A stretch of 64,000 nucleotides of DNA from Camelus ferus. Taxonomy: Eukaryota. A model generated the notes under the pieces. That model had not been told where the DNA came from. It saw only the letters and a list, made by a program, of their open reading frames with translations, and did no database searches. The position numbers and the translations under genes were made by a program. The stretch is from NCBI RefSeq assembly GCF_009834535.1, contig NC_045709.1, positions 29,822,001 through 29,886,000 on the forward strand, written 5' to 3'. Shown here piece by piece: positions 34,171 through 47,815 of this stretch (position 1 is the stretch's first letter; each line of letters begins with the position of its first letter).

Positions 34171-35949
34171 CAGTGTTACTTCAGTGTTCTTTTGAGAGGC
34201 TTGTCCTTCCACAGCTACTTGATGACTGTTTTTAATGAGATAAAACAAACAGTAATTCAGAAGTTTATGTAGAGAAGGGTCAGCAACAAATACTCACGCC
34301 TTCCCTTTCACTCACAAACAAGGCATTAAACATCTACTAAGGTGTTTGGGAAAACATAGGTGAAAAAATTCGAGGTGCCCACATATACAGACTGGTTAGG
34401 GATTTTCCAAAATAGGAATGTAATGTATTCTGTGGGAACGTGGAGAAACACAGATAAAGCAGATCTAGGCGGAAATAGTCAATTTGGTTGTCATTTCATA
34501 CTGAGGCAGATTTGCCAAGTATAAACTGTATTCCATTACAAAGTTAGATTCTTTCGGAGTGGGTGTTGTTTGTAGCTACACCTGTTGTATTTGACCTCAC
34601 TTTCTAGAGCATTTGGTTTATAAACGTGTGGACTGCCAACAGGAAATACTGTAAGCCTTACGAGAATCCAGTTCATTAATTGATATACTTAGGCTAGGTT
34701 GGGGGCTGTGGTGCATGCTGTGCTGTGAACTGGAGAGCCTGGGGTGAAATCTGGGGTGAAGCAGTCTTCCATGAAACACATTTGCTTATCTGTCTTTGGA
34801 TAAAATAAGCTTTGAGCAGTATTCCTTAAATTTGAATATCTTATCTTTTTGGACCTAAGGATATACTTATTTGACTATATCGTATCTAATCTTCTAGACT
34901 GTTATTAACCTGAGGTTATTGCCAGTATCATATGATATTTATTGAATAAGAATATGCTCCGGTCTTATATACTAGATGAAATAACTAAAAAAATCCTTTT
35001 CTTTTACTTTAACTTACTACCAGTTAATGCCAAACCGCCTTTACTGAAGGAGTTTCAGACATGGCCAGGGCCAGTGAGGAAGGAGCAGGCTCACAGTGTC
35101 AGATCAGTTACACTGTGAGAGGATCTGAGAGTCAGGTAAGGCCGGCGATTAATGTGATGAGAGCAGATCGAAGTCAGCTCAGAAGGCAATGTGTTAAAGA
35201 GAGCCTGACAAGAGGGGAAAGAGAGGAAGGAGCTGCTTGGGTAGGCAGGTCAGAGGGTTCAGAGAAAGGTGTGTGGGAAAAGTGGAGGGAAGTGAAGGCT
35301 GGCGTCAGTGGATGTGGGAATGAGATGAGGGAGATGAAAAATGGACTTATTTGTAAAGAGAGTGAATTAGAAATTATGCTGTGGTAAGAGAAAAAAGTCA
35401 AAAGCATTAAAATATGTTGGAGGCTCCTGAATTACGTTTATGCTTAATAATTTGATGTAAGAAATAAAGGAGATACTCTAGGCTTTGTATCTGTTTCAGG
35501 GAAAGGGTTATGGAGATCATAAAATTAAAATGGTAAACAGACATAGATGGAGAGGCTGGCTTTCTTCAAAGGAAGCAATGGTGAAACTGCTAAAAGAGAC
35601 AAAATTTGAGTTCTTAAAATCTAAGTTAAGTCTATGGTAAGAAATCATTTTTATACCGAAGAATATGAAATCATTTCCCAGCCCAAAAATAATTTTTAAT
35701 AAGATAACATACATAAAAATGTATAATATATAACACGTAATAGAATAAAGATACTGCCCTGTTTAGTTTGAATGTGACAGTTTTCAACCACACTGAACAC
35801 CCTCAACTGAGGGCAGGCTTGATTCATGTGAGAGAGGATTTAATTTGAAGCAGGTAGGATCTAGGAAGCTTTGCCAGGGTACTGAGAGAGAGTGGTGGGC
35901 TTTGGAAGCCAGAGTGGTGTTGGCACAAGAATTGTGAGATAATGTAAAT

Positions 35950-36420
35950 GTGGAGTTACGGAACAATGATGATTGGTTGTGAAGTGATAGCTATAGGAGT
36001 GGAGAGAAATGGTCCAACACAAATCATTTTTTAAAGAAAAGACATGAATAAGTTGAGAAGAGATTGTCAGAAAGAAAAAGTAGATAAAGAGTGATGATTC
36101 CCAAACGTACTGCAAGAGCAATGACTTCATACCAGGGACAGAAATGAACTGTTTTAAAGGGAAGCCAGTTTTTGAAGAAAAATGATGAATTTCAGTTTGA
36201 ACACATGGAGTCGGAGGTGACAGTCAGTTATCCAAGGAGATTACCATTTGGACAGGTAGACAGATGGGTGAGGATTACCAGACATAGAAGTAAAATCATA
36301 GGTACATTTACTGAGTGAATTAGCATATAGAGTAAAATGTGGGGGCTCTCAACATATGTAAGAGGGAGACTAATGAAATCAGTAAGAGAAAGTTAAAAAG
36401 AGGGAGACATGGTGAACTGA
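35950..36420 (-). mobile_element. L2 fragment
   Basis: gatgaatttcagtttgaacacatggag...atccaaggag...gacaggtag. Confidence 0.65.
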
Positions 36421-36947
36421 AAATTTGAGATCCACAGAGGCCAAAGTAGATGAGATTTGTAGAAGGCAAAAACCATTCAGCCATGGGAACTTTTGCACAG
36501 GTCCAAGGATGATGATGGCCAAGAGGAGGTCCATGGCGTGGTGCTTGTGGACATTAGTCATCTAGGAGCGATTGAAGGAGTTAATAAATTGGGGCAACAG
36601 AAACCAAGATGGCCAGGGGCTAAAAAAACAAGCAGCAGCTGAGGCTTAACACTGCTGAGAAGGGGTTTCTGGAAAATCTTTCTCTACGTTTCTGTTTTAG
36701 ACCAGAAATATTTGAGGACATGCTAGAAAGGAAAATGAATTTTTTAGAAAGATGATTAAATGAAGTGGTTGACACTTTTGGCAAATTACAGGGTTTTTTT
36801 TGTTTGTTTGTTTTTGCAGTAGCTTGTGTTCCTAATATTCCTTAGAGCTAAAATGTATGTCACTGGAATAATACTGGTTCTTTTATTATTGAATATTTTA
36901 CAATGGATTGGTGAGATGATCATCACTGGTGGCACCATTAGGAAAGG

Positions 36948-37329
36948 TGGTACTAAAAAAACAAAATTAAACTAAATAGACTTGAAGATCTGCTTGCCTT
37001 TATTGAATGATTCATGAATTGGTCAGCATCCCATTTAGAGAACAGAAAGCAGCTCCTCGTAGCTGTACAAAGTGGAAGACTTCTATAGATGGAAGGAGGT
37101 AGGGCAAGAAAGTTACCTTGCAAAGGGTGGATTGTTTCAGGGAAGATCACCTTCCTTTGGGGAAGGCAGGGCTCTGTCAGGCAGATGATCTTATTAGCGC
37201 TGGCTGGGTAATTCCAGATTGGTTCGTAGAGGCTGTAACTGCAGTCAGTTTAGGTATTAAGTCTGGATTTGCTGACATGGGGCTTCACACAGGTGACTCC
37301 ATTCTGGGCTTACTTTCTCTTTTCTGACA
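36948..37329 (-). mobile_element. Solo ERV1-class LTR (MER31/MER89-like)
   Basis: TG...CA bounded; aaacaaaatt...gaagatctgcttgcctttattgaatgattcatgaattgg; flanks aagg/atgg are a possible decayed 4-bp target duplication. Confidence 0.75.
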
Positions 37330-37479
37330 ATGGTGTAGTTCAGTGGTGTAGTTCCAATTTAAGTTCAAACTTTCCAAAGTAAGATTAAGTGGATCCCTTC
37401 TGAGGTAGATATAGAGTGATGTTGCAGATATCAACAAGTAAAAATGAGAAAAAAAAGTGGGCTTATTTTATCACTGACA

Positions 37480-37959
37480 GAGGCAGACTTCAGAGATACT
37501 AGGTCCAGTTCTAGACCAGCTCAATAAAGTGAATATTGCAATAAAGCCAGTCACGCACATTTTTTTGATTTCCTAATGCACATAAATGTTATGTTTGCTC
37601 TGTACTGTAGTCTGTTAAGTGTGCAATAGCAATATGTCTTTAAAAATGTACACACCTTGACTAAAAGTACTTTATTGTTAAGAATGCTAACCATCATCTG
37701 AGCCTTCAGCAAGTCATGGTAGTAACAACAAAGATCACTTACCACAGATCATCGTAACAAATATAATGATAAATGATAATGAAAATGTTGGAAATATTGT
37801 AAGAATTAGCAAAATGTGACACAGAACCTCAGTGAGCAAGTGCTTTTGGAAAAATAGCTCTGATAGACTTGCTCGAAGCAGGGTTACCACAAACCTTCAG
37901 TGTGTGAAAAATGCTGTATCTGTGGAGTGAAGTGATGGCAGTAAAACGAGGTCTGCCTG
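37480..37959 (+). mobile_element. Internally deleted Tigger1 derivative, both ends present
   Basis: Tigger1 5' end (ttctagaccagctcaataaagtgaatattgc) joined at gagccttcagcaagtc|atggtagtaac to the 3' end (aaaacgaggtctgcctg). Confidence 0.92.
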
Positions 37960-40426
37960 CATTTCCTATATGCATTCAGGGAGGGGGAGAGAATTACATT
38001 TCCCCACCTTACCGAAGCGATCCCAATTCAAACTTGTATGTAGCAGAAAGCTGCCCAGGAACCATTGTTGAAATGTTAAAGAAAGTGTATCCAGTGTCCT
38101 GCTGGACTCTCTGCCTTTTCTCTTCTCTCTCCCTCTCCTTCCTTTCCTCTCTCCATCATCTTCTCAAGCCTCCCCCAGGTCTGAGGATTCAGCACCCTTG
38201 AGGAGACTTCTACTCATAAGATAATGTGCTGTTACTCAGAGGAAGGACGGTGAACCCCAGCTCTCTCCCTTGCTTATTTGTGGCTTTTGCTTGCTAATCC
38301 CCAGCCAGGGGACACACTGGGAACATGTAAGGAGTCCTTCAGAAAACAAGAGCGCAGGTGTACGCCAGGCCAGAGAGAGAACGGTCACCACACCCAGCCA
38401 TTCAGCATGACATCCCTGTCCTAGCTTCTGCCAAACTCTTGTTTCATGCTACAGATGGCTCCTCGCGGTGCTCTGTTTAACTTTGTGGATTTCATTCTTG
38501 TCCCAGGAAGTTGCTGGACAGTGTAAATGGCTATTTTGGAGAAAACAAAAACAGGACCTACTCAGAAAATTCAAAAAGGGAAATTCCATTGTACTTTGAG
38601 TCTTTCTTTAGAAAAGACAAAGGGGTTCCTGTCTTTTGCTCAGGCCAGAGTGGCCCCTAGGAAGTCAGAATTTATGCATATCCATCCTTACCATGACCCA
38701 CTGTATTGATCACCAACATGCAAGTGTTTGTCAAGCTTTTACTCAAGAACAACGTTAATGTCTTTTTTTCCACTGGAGTGACTTTTCAGCCCCACGGCAT
38801 TCCTCATTATATATTTGTTAAGGAGGCTCTAATGTGGTTTGAAGGGCCATCCCAAACTCACTGGGAAAAAGGAACTGTTTTCAAGATATGTGGATATCTT
38901 TTGAAAATAACATTTCTTTCATAGAAATCAATGCTTCTCTGCTATCTTGAAAAGGTAATTTCCCCTCAACGGGTGAAGTAGTTGCATGCATATTGTATAA
39001 AAGAAATAAACTCAACAAAAACAGGTGTAAGGAATCGAACAACTTAAAACATTACTTCTGTATATACCCACAAAGAGGGTGATCCCGGGGTTACATGGTA
39101 AGAAAACACTTCATTGAGTGTCTTCTACATTTGTAGAGCCCTGCAGTTATTCTAGATCTTATTAAATACAGTCTTTTTCCTATTCAGTGCCAAATCCTAA
39201 GGTTTCCCCCATGCCTCTCTGGTGCTCCCTGAGATCTGATCCCCATCAGTGTGTCATTCATGCATATTTACATGAGTATGTGTGCGTACATACACTGACA
39301 CGCGTCTTTTGCATTTGTAATTTTTTTTACCCAGTTGCTTCATAAAAGATTAAAATGGCAGATTAGACTCCATTCAGAATTTCACAATCCCTTGGTAATA
39401 AATCAGTTCTAATCATTTGAAGAACATTTCAGAACTGTGAGGTGGGACAAAACCTGATTTGAGATTCATACCATTGTATACCTACTCTTAAAAAAAAAGA
39501 AAAACAGAAGCAATTTACACATCTGCAAATCTGAGGAAGCGGCTGAGAGAATTTGCATGATCTGGGCACATGAAGCCGTTTTAGCACACAAATTCCTCCC
39601 TTTCATCTCTCAAGGGTGTCGAAAGGATACAAACATATTTTTTGCAGATGACGTGAATTATTGACTGGCATAAATAGCAACTCACAGTAATGCCTCAGAA
39701 ATGTGTTTTTTTTAATTGAGTAAAGATGGCATCCGGAAAATATATGTAGGAAAAAACAGTGTTTTATAAGAGCTGAAAATGTGGACTGCGACGTGCTATT
39801 TTGTGTGTGCGCTGTAATGACATGAGTGTTTAGCTGATCCTTGTTGTCCACTTAATGTGTCTATCTGTGGTTGAGACTTATTCTCAGAGACAATACAAAT
39901 AATTAAAAGTAAAACAACTTGGAAATTGTTTACTAGACCTTCACAATCTATGTTAAATGAGATGCACTGAAAGGTAAACACATCTTTTTACCTACTAAGG
40001 GGAACTATTAGACGTTTGTTTCGTTTTTCAAACACCATGAAGTGTAAAAACGAACCCAGTCTGATTTTCTGTTAAAGGACAATACTCAAGGCGCTATACG
40101 TAGTCATAATTACCTTGAGAGTGAATTTTTGCACTGTGATGCTAACAATCCTAGAACTTTGAGCAGTAAACTGACGTGCAAAGTCCCTGAGCTAAAAAGA
40201 TCTTAGTGTTCATTTGGTTCACTCATTCTTTTACACGTGGAAACTGAATCCCTGAACGTTCCAGTGGGTAATGAAAGCTTACATGTCATGGGAGTGACAA
40301 AGCTATGACTGAATCAGGTAATTGAAATTCTTCTGACCTACCGTTTAGTGGTCCTTCCGTTGCACATGTCATACCATCTCTTTAAGGAGAAAAAGTAAAA
40401 CTTTGAGTCACCGGCAGTCTGTAATA

Positions 40427-40907
40427 CAAGAGTTACGTGTTTTTTTTTATTGCGCTTCACGAGCATTGCACTTTTTTACAAGCTGAAGGTTTGTGGCAGC
40501 CTTGTGTTAGGAAGTCTGTTGGAGCCGTTTTCCAGTAGCATTTGCTCTCTTTGTGGTTCTGTGTCACATTTTGCTAGTTCTTGCAATATTGCAGACATTT
40601 TTATTATTATTATATTTGTTATGGTGATGTTTGATCAGTGATCTTTGATGTTTCTACTACAAGTTGCTGAAGGCTCAGATGATGGTTAGTGTGTNNNNNN
40701 NNNNNNNNNNNNNNNNNNNNNNNNNNNNNNNNNNNNNNNNNNNNNNNNNNNNNNNNNNNNNNNNNNNNNNNNNNNNNNNNNNNNNNNNNNNNNNNNNNNN
40801 NNNNNNNNNNNNNNNNNNNNNNNNCATGTGACTCGCTTTATTGCTATTTATATACGATTTGTGGTGGTGGTCTGGAACCATACCCGCAGCATCTCTCCAG
40901 GTGCTTG
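40427..40907 (-). mobile_element. Second internally deleted Tigger1 derivative, opposite orientation, containing an N run
   Basis: Reverse complement of the same element with the same junction (gatcagtgatctttgatg...gctgaaggctcagatgatgg); preceded by TA. Confidence 0.92.
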
Positions 40908-41559
40908 GTCTTGAGGAGTATTCACGCCAGGGAGCGTCTCAGACATAGACCAGTCCTGGGTGCAAGAAGTGGGCGTGTGAGTGTAAATAGTTCAGTTTAT
41001 ACAAATGCAAGGAAGTCTGATGGGATCAAAAATTTTGCCATTTTAATGTGTTGACTCTAGTCTCATTGACTCTGAATTTAGAAATGCTAAATTTTTATTG
41101 TTTTTTTGCCTCTTGATTAACTGTGGTAAATCAAGCTGTGGGACTGTAAAGCTTTGGGAAGGTGAGGAGTAGGTTCAGATGGTTTTATTTTCCTACCCCG
41201 GGACTTGCACACTACCTAGTGCATAGCGAACTCTGTCATTCCGCACCCCCTCAAATACACCTAATCACATTAACACACAATTTAAAACATAAAAATAGTA
41301 TCATTAGTATTTTTATAAATTCAAATTTATAAAATTCACTTATTTCAAAGTCAATCAGTAGAAATAGAGATGAATGCCAGTGCTTTTTAATGGGCTGAAA
41401 TTTGGTTTATAACTCATTTTGGGGGTACATGGTGTATTTAATTATACTTCTAAGAATATTGCTTATACATAAAAATGTTAAATAAAATTTTGAAGACACC
41501 TAAGAATAGTTGTGAACATTTAGAAATAACAGACACATTTTAAGGGCAGAGGAGGAGTT

Positions 41560-41790
41560 CATTTATGTCAAGAAAAGGGCAGGACAGCTAAAGGGGTAAG
41601 AAAGAGCGTAGTGGCTACAGAGAACTGCGCACAAGCGGTGGGTCGTCGGTGACTTGAGGCTTCTATCTTGAATGCCTGGCTGGATAGTAGTGCCACCGAC
41701 CAAGAAAAAGAAGATTAACGGGGAAATATATTTGGGGGAAAATAAAAAGTTTAGTTGAAGCACATATGGGAAGTCTCGGGGGGATTTTAG
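41560..41790 (-). mobile_element. L2 fragment
   Basis: gacttgaggcttctatcttgaatgcctggctggatagtagtgcc...aaagtttagttgaagcac. Confidence 0.6.
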
Positions 41791-41837
41791 TAGGCAGTTG
41801 CATAAGTGAGCTTAAAACTTGTCACAGACTTTAAGCC

Positions 41838-42047
41838 TAAAATTGGTCTTCAACACTGACTGCATGTTAGGGAAATTTTAAAAATTAATGAAGGCCAGGC
41901 CCAACTTCAAACCAATTAAATCATAGTTTTTGTGGGTGTGGCCTGGACTTGGTATTATTCCTTCATTTTTTAAATTAAAAAACAAAACCAAAAACCCTCC
42001 CTGGGTGATGATAAGATGTGGCCGGCTTTGGGAACCACTGGTCTGCG
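41838..42047. mobile_element. MER5A-like element
   Basis: ggtcttcaacactgactgcatgttagg...ccaattaaatca...gctttgggaaccactggtct. Confidence 0.75.
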
Positions 42048-42129
42048 GTTAACGCTGTAGAGTCCCGTGTACGAAGGTTGCAGTGGGAATCACAGGAATG
42101 GATGAGGTCAACCAAGAGTACACGTTATG

Positions 42130-42590
42130 GCTTCATGTCCTCCGTCTGCCCTTTAGATGTGCACTTGTCACTGTGCTCTGGACCCCAGAACACTGACCCA
42201 AGTGGACTGTTATCAGTGGGCTCTCCTGAGCTCTGGCTTCTGTTGAATCCATCAATGGAAGACATTGAGAGAAAATCAGGTTGAAAGTAAGTAAAATCAT
42301 CTTTGTTTCCTGAGCTCCCCACTCCTGGGTCAGTGAGTATAATTGTCTATCAGAGACCGCAGCTCCAGCAGACGGGGCTCTTTATGCAGCTCCCTCGGGG
42401 GCCCTGACCCTCTAGGCCAAGGGGTGATGACGTCTCCCAACTGCTGCCAGCCCTACTGTTCTGACCCTCTGTGGGTTTCCCCAAACCTGCCTGCCCCTTA
42501 GTAGATAGTCCCTTTATTAAACTCTTCTCGGTAATTAAAAAGCCGCAGCAGGGTGCTATCTGTTTCCTGCCGAGCCCCTGGCTGATCCGA
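42130..42590 (+). mobile_element. ERVL-class LTR (LTR33/LTR16-like)
   Basis: ctctggcttctgttgaatccatcaatggaag and 3' end tagtccctttattaaactcttc...atctgtttcctgccgagcccctggctgat. Confidence 0.65.
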
Positions 42591-42599
42591 TAGCGTAAG

Positions 42600-42880
42600 A
42601 AAAGCTGTGGGCTGAAGATGGAAGCTAGGGGACTATGACCTTCACAGGATGAGTAAAAGAATAGCTCGGGAAAGAGAGACCCAGGAGACCGTGAGTAATG
42701 AGGACAGCCAGGGACGTTGATGGGGACAGAATCAGAGGCCCTAGAGAGTTTGAGTGTAAGGAAGGGGCGATGTCCACCGTGTTGGGAGGGTCATGAAAGC
42801 CTTCTGCCTGAGAAGTTCTGTGGTCTGCTGACAGCAAAAACCACATGACAGGGGACCTGGGCATGATCGCAGGTAAAGAA
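42600..42880 (-). mobile_element. L2 fragment
   Basis: gagagacccaggagaccgtg...gagagtttgagtgtaaggaagggg. Confidence 0.45.
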
Positions 42881-44779
42881 GAGGAAACTAGTCATTTGAC
42901 AAAGTTTCCCCTGATGATAGTAGGAAGAAAGTGTATGGAGTTTATAAAAGAGAAGACTTAGAGTTAATCAATTTATTGAAATTGCTTTATACTTTTAATA
43001 GAAACTTACTGTGCTCTATCTCCCATGGTTACGACAGAGTACTAATAACATCATAAGAGTCTTTGTAGGTGTGTGTGCAACAAACATAATTTGTGCTATT
43101 AAGGTTTAGGTTTTTGTTAGTCGTTCAGGGAAGAACACCAAAGAGTTAATCCTTATTTTAAAAAATGAAGAAAGATTAAGTAGATAAAACACAGAAGATG
43201 TACAGGTAAAATCCATTCTACACTACCTGTTTAGAAATTATTTCTGGATTAAGTTAGAGCATCAGAGACCTAAATATCTGGACATCATTCAGTGCCCTTC
43301 CTCTTCCCTTTCTCCCAAAAATGTTTTGCTAATTTGGACTTTGTGATGATATTGCTTTATCTGAAAGGGTTTTTAAGAAATCAGTGTAAGATATTTTTAA
43401 AGATGATAATCATTATGCCACAGAGTGTCTTCTTTAGGGGAGTAAATCTGAAAATTGTTTTATTCAGTATTTAGAGCAGACCTCTTACATTGCCAAAAGT
43501 TTAGAGTTGACCTTGAAACTCCTTGTTAGGAAAGTCGGTGACTTCACAGGCAAATTTTATGGATTTAACTTTGCTCCTGGCTTCTTAACCTTGTAAGCTT
43601 CATTTCACTTGCCTCATTTTCCTGATTTTTGAGACGTTTTATTTTGCTTCTTTATTCATAAAGCAAACTAAGTTTTTTTCTGTTTTTAGGAAAAGACTGA
43701 ATTTAAAGGCATAAATAAATAAAACTAAGGAATAATGAAAAAGCATGAGGACTGTAAAGTACTAGATGCTCATTGTTTGGTTTTGATGTGTGTGCTATTC
43801 CTACCCTACCTGTGATTACATTCCAGTCACAACTTCAGACACACCTAAGGCTGCATTTGTACATCACCAAGTGAAGCGGACTGCTGGAAATTGCCTTGAT
43901 TTAACTGCATCAATCAGAACAGTCGATCTTGATAATTCAGCCCACTCACAAACTTTGTTTATGTTGGTGAAATTAATTGACCTATTGCCTAATCCCTCCC
44001 CCTTCTCCCCTTCTTTCTTCTTTTAATTTAGAGAATTCCAAAAGAAAGAAGGAAAGAAAAAAAGAAGAAAGGAGAGGAAAAATAGCTTTTCTATTCAGGT
44101 TACAGATCCCATTTAAGATCTGGGCAAAAAAGAGTCACCTGAAGCTTTGCTAGGTTTTTGTTTTTGTTTTTGTTTGTTTGTTTGTTTTTACAATGCTGCT
44201 TAACTGAACTGCCACCATAATATGGAACAGTGAATAACTGAGGGGTTCTACTCCAGAGCCTGTGTGTGTGTAGGATCCATTGATTTTTCAGAACTGTTTG
44301 CTCTTAACTGAAGAACATACATAAAGTCATATAATATGGATACCATTGCTCCAACTTGAAGGGAGATAAAGCTAATGTTAAGGTAGGCATGCAGGGTTTT
44401 CTGAGATGGACAGGGACCTAGACGTCTGGCAAAGTCATAGAATGTAGTCATCAGCCAAAGGCACATATTTCATTGTCAGGAGACAGTGAAAGATTTTGAA
44501 ATGGAAAAAGTGAAACAAAACAGAAAATCCAACAGCTTCCTGTCTATTTCAGGGTAACCTTTCGGGTTATCTGTTTTAAGTGTTTTTGAACCAGTAGAAC
44601 TTTGTAAGTAGTAAATAACTTTACAGGTGTTGTTAAAGTGACACCTGTCCATAGAAATGCAAATGAATTTTGTAGGAAGGACACCTGATTCCTGGACACC
44701 TTTCCCCCGCACACACCTCCATGGAAAAGCCAGTTTTGCATCTGTTTGTAAATACATTTCAGCATTTCTGATTTATCTG

Positions 44780-45259
44780 TGTAGAGGAGGAAAAATAATT
44801 TTCCCTCTTCCCTTCTAGGCTTTTGGCTGAGACACCCCTGAAATAAAAGAAATTAATAGTACAAAACCAAATTGATGTCCAACAGCACATATGCCTTCTG
44901 TATACATGGGAGAAACCCAGGGAAACTGCCGCCTCCAGCTAAAGACAAAGGAGAAATGCGGGGAGTAGGGGGCTTTTGTTGGGGGTCACCAGGAAGAGCA
45001 CAGTAAACAGCGTATGGTGGGTATGCGTAGCTCAGTCACTGCCTTCTTGATTGGTAAGAGTTTTTAGAGATCTAGTCATCCTCTTCCTGCTGCAGAGGGA
45101 GACACCCTTAAAAATGGAGTTCCCTTATAATGTAAATCGCTCTTACAGAGGGCAACATCTACTCTGTTTTCAGAATGTCTCCTGTCTCTCCAGCCTCTCA
45201 AATATAATTAATATGCCAAAGAGACAAAAATTTACACTGGCAAGTTCTGTTTCCCTTCA
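44780..45259 (-). mobile_element. Solo ERV1-class LTR (MER34/MER39-like)
   Basis: tgtagaggaggaaaaataattttccctcttcccttct...atacatgggagaaacccagggaaa...gttctgtttcccttca. Confidence 0.8.
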
Positions 45260-45603
45260 CCTATGTGTATGTGTGTGTCGGTATTTTGAATTCTGCCTTG
45301 AACTGACTATAGCATCTTACTAGTTCTCTAATTAAATGAAGAGTTAAATAAAATATTTGATGTGTTCTTTGGATATGCACATGAGTTTCATGATACTAGT
45401 CTTTTAAAAAACAGTATTATTATTTTTAACACCAATATGTTTTCTTTTCAATAATACTCCTCTTTGTACTTCTTAAATATTATGTTTTAGGAGGATTTAG
45501 TAGCATTACAGCAGAGATTTATTTTAACTATATTTTATATTCATTTATGTTTTTTAGTTAAGAGCAGCTTACTGTGAAGAATCAATAGACCCAATTATAT
45601 GTG

Positions 45604-46070
45604 CAGTAATACCTCCTTACCCAATCGGTGATACGTTCCAAGACTTCAAGCGGCTACCTGAAACCGGATAGTACCTTTCGACTTAGAGGAGAACGCCCAG
45701 CATGAGAGCGGTGAGTTTAAGTTTTATGTAAGGCCTTGCTGAAGACAGTAGCCCGGGAGGAGTTTCATCAGAGCTGACTGAGTGCCGGTCCTCCGGTCTG
45801 CAGTCCTCAGCACGGCCCCGAGTGAAACTTAAACTCACAGCTCTTGTGTTGTGTGATTTTCTTTGAGTGAATGTACACGACAAGGGGATGATCATGTCCT
45901 GGAGCAGAGCCGGGTGGTGCAGCATTTCATCACGCTACTCAGAAGGGCACACAATTTAAAACTCATCAATTGTTTATTTCTGGAATTTTCCATGTAAAAT
46001 ATTTGGACTGTGGTTGACTTTAGGTAACTGGAACTATGGAAAGTGAAACCAGGGGTAAGGGGGAGCACTG
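45604..46070 (+). mobile_element. MER44 (Tigger7-derived) element
   Basis: cagtaatacctccttacc...gatacgttccaagac and atttcatcacgctactcagaa...taagggggagcactg. Confidence 0.88.
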
Positions 46071-47405
46071 TGTACACAGACACACACACACACCCCTACC
46101 CCTGTTATGAAATGATGCCTTAAAAATACAGCAGTGACAATAGATGGCCTTTCCATCATTCATATTTTATAAACCAGTGGCACAGGAAACTTTAAAAACT
46201 GAAGATAAGATGATTAGTGACTTAAAGTGCTGAAGAGAGCATCCATAAGGAAGAAGAAACCTGGGCAGGAAGGTGTGGCTGTATGAAACGAGCTTCCGTG
46301 AAACAATGAAGTTTTACTCTGCAAGCGTCAACATGCAAATTCTAGGTTTTCTTGGGTAATTTCCAGGAATTTCCTTGGGGAATGATTGTCTTATTTTAAT
46401 CAGATGACATACAGTGCATTTTGCTCTGAAATATATTATTATTGAGAATACTGGAACATAATTGTGTAAGGATTCATGAAATGCATCCCCAGAATCCATA
46501 TTCAACCAAACTAATAACATATATTATTTTTTCTGCTGTTTGAGTGCCTGATTAAGGAAGTCCACACACCTGTCAGGAAGTCAGACAAGGGTTTAACAAC
46601 AATGCTGTTGTTGGTCTCTCTGGTTTTTATTTGTTCTTAACAGATAATGTCTGTAATGTCGATCAAATCAGGTTCAAGGTCTAAATGACAAGGCTTGGAA
46701 TTTTTGATAGCACTGTGTGGTCTATAAAATAAAGTTGTTGTTTTAATTCAATTAGTTGTTTTTCCACGAATTAAAAATAACAGGATAATCTTACATAAAA
46801 ACCTGGATATCCAATACCTCTTTAAAAATTGTAAAATTTCCCTACACTGGTCCACATCCTCCCATAGTGATGTCAAGTACAGAGGCTGTCTCTCTGAGAC
46901 TGGGCATGTTCCCCTCACTGCCCTGTTCCCATTGGCCTCCTGGACTCTGAGACTGACCATGTAGCATCTCCGTTTATCTATCACCTGCCTGTGCTGTTGT
47001 TTTTCTTAAAGTTAGGAAAAAAGTGAAGTATTTCTTTACCTATGTGTCTGTCAAAAGTGAAACATAAAATAAGAAATGAAACAGAAAATAAGACTACTGG
47101 TCATGGAAAAGATACCTGATGCAAAGTTTTATGAAGTAATAAGGAATTTTTAATAGAATTGTTTTTGAATCTAATAAATTAATGATGCTACCATGAAATG
47201 CTGGGCAGTGATGAGTCTGTAGCTCTCCCCCTTTGTTGATCTGGACCCTGCCTCTACCCTAAAGCCACTGAGTTTGCAGTTCCTGCTTGAGGACAACACT
47301 CCTGGTTCTCTGTGCTGGAGATTCTTCTGTTAGTTTAATTTTATTTGCATTTTAAATGAATCATTAGTTTATCTTAACAGTTGATTTTTTAAATTAAAAA
47401 TATGT

Positions 47406-47815
47406 TATATTAATCTGCATTGGGCCACCAAAACAAAATATCACAGACAGGGTGACTTGACGTCAGTTTATTTTCTCACAGTTCTAGAAGCTAGAAGTCC
47501 CACATTGAGGTGCCGCAAATTCGGCTCCTGGTGAGGATTTTCTTCCTGCCTTGTGGACGACCACCTTCCTCTGTCTGCACGCTTGGCCTGTATTTATTCA
47601 TTTACTCATTTTGTGCTCAGGGGAGAGAGAGAAAGCTCTCAGTGTCTTTTCTTGCAAGGACACTAATCCCATCATGGGGACCCCACCCTTGTGACTCCAT
47701 CTAACCTTAATCACACCCCCAAAGCTCCATCTCCAAACACCAGCACATAGTGTGGTGATGTGGGGGTTTGGGGTTAGCATGTAAATTTGGGGGTAACACA
47801 TTCAGTCCATATACA
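47406..47815 (-). mobile_element. MLT1A-like MaLR solo LTR
   Basis: tttattttctcacagttctagaagctagaagtcc...aaggacactaatcccatcatgggg...acacattcagtccatataca. Confidence 0.9.

Noticed and set aside
43993-44085. Pyrimidine tract followed by a purine tract, a possible hairpin or triplex
   Set aside because: Low complexity with only short imperfect pairing; a common pattern.
46902-46911. p53 half-site GGGCATGTTC
   Set aside because: There is no adjacent second half-site.
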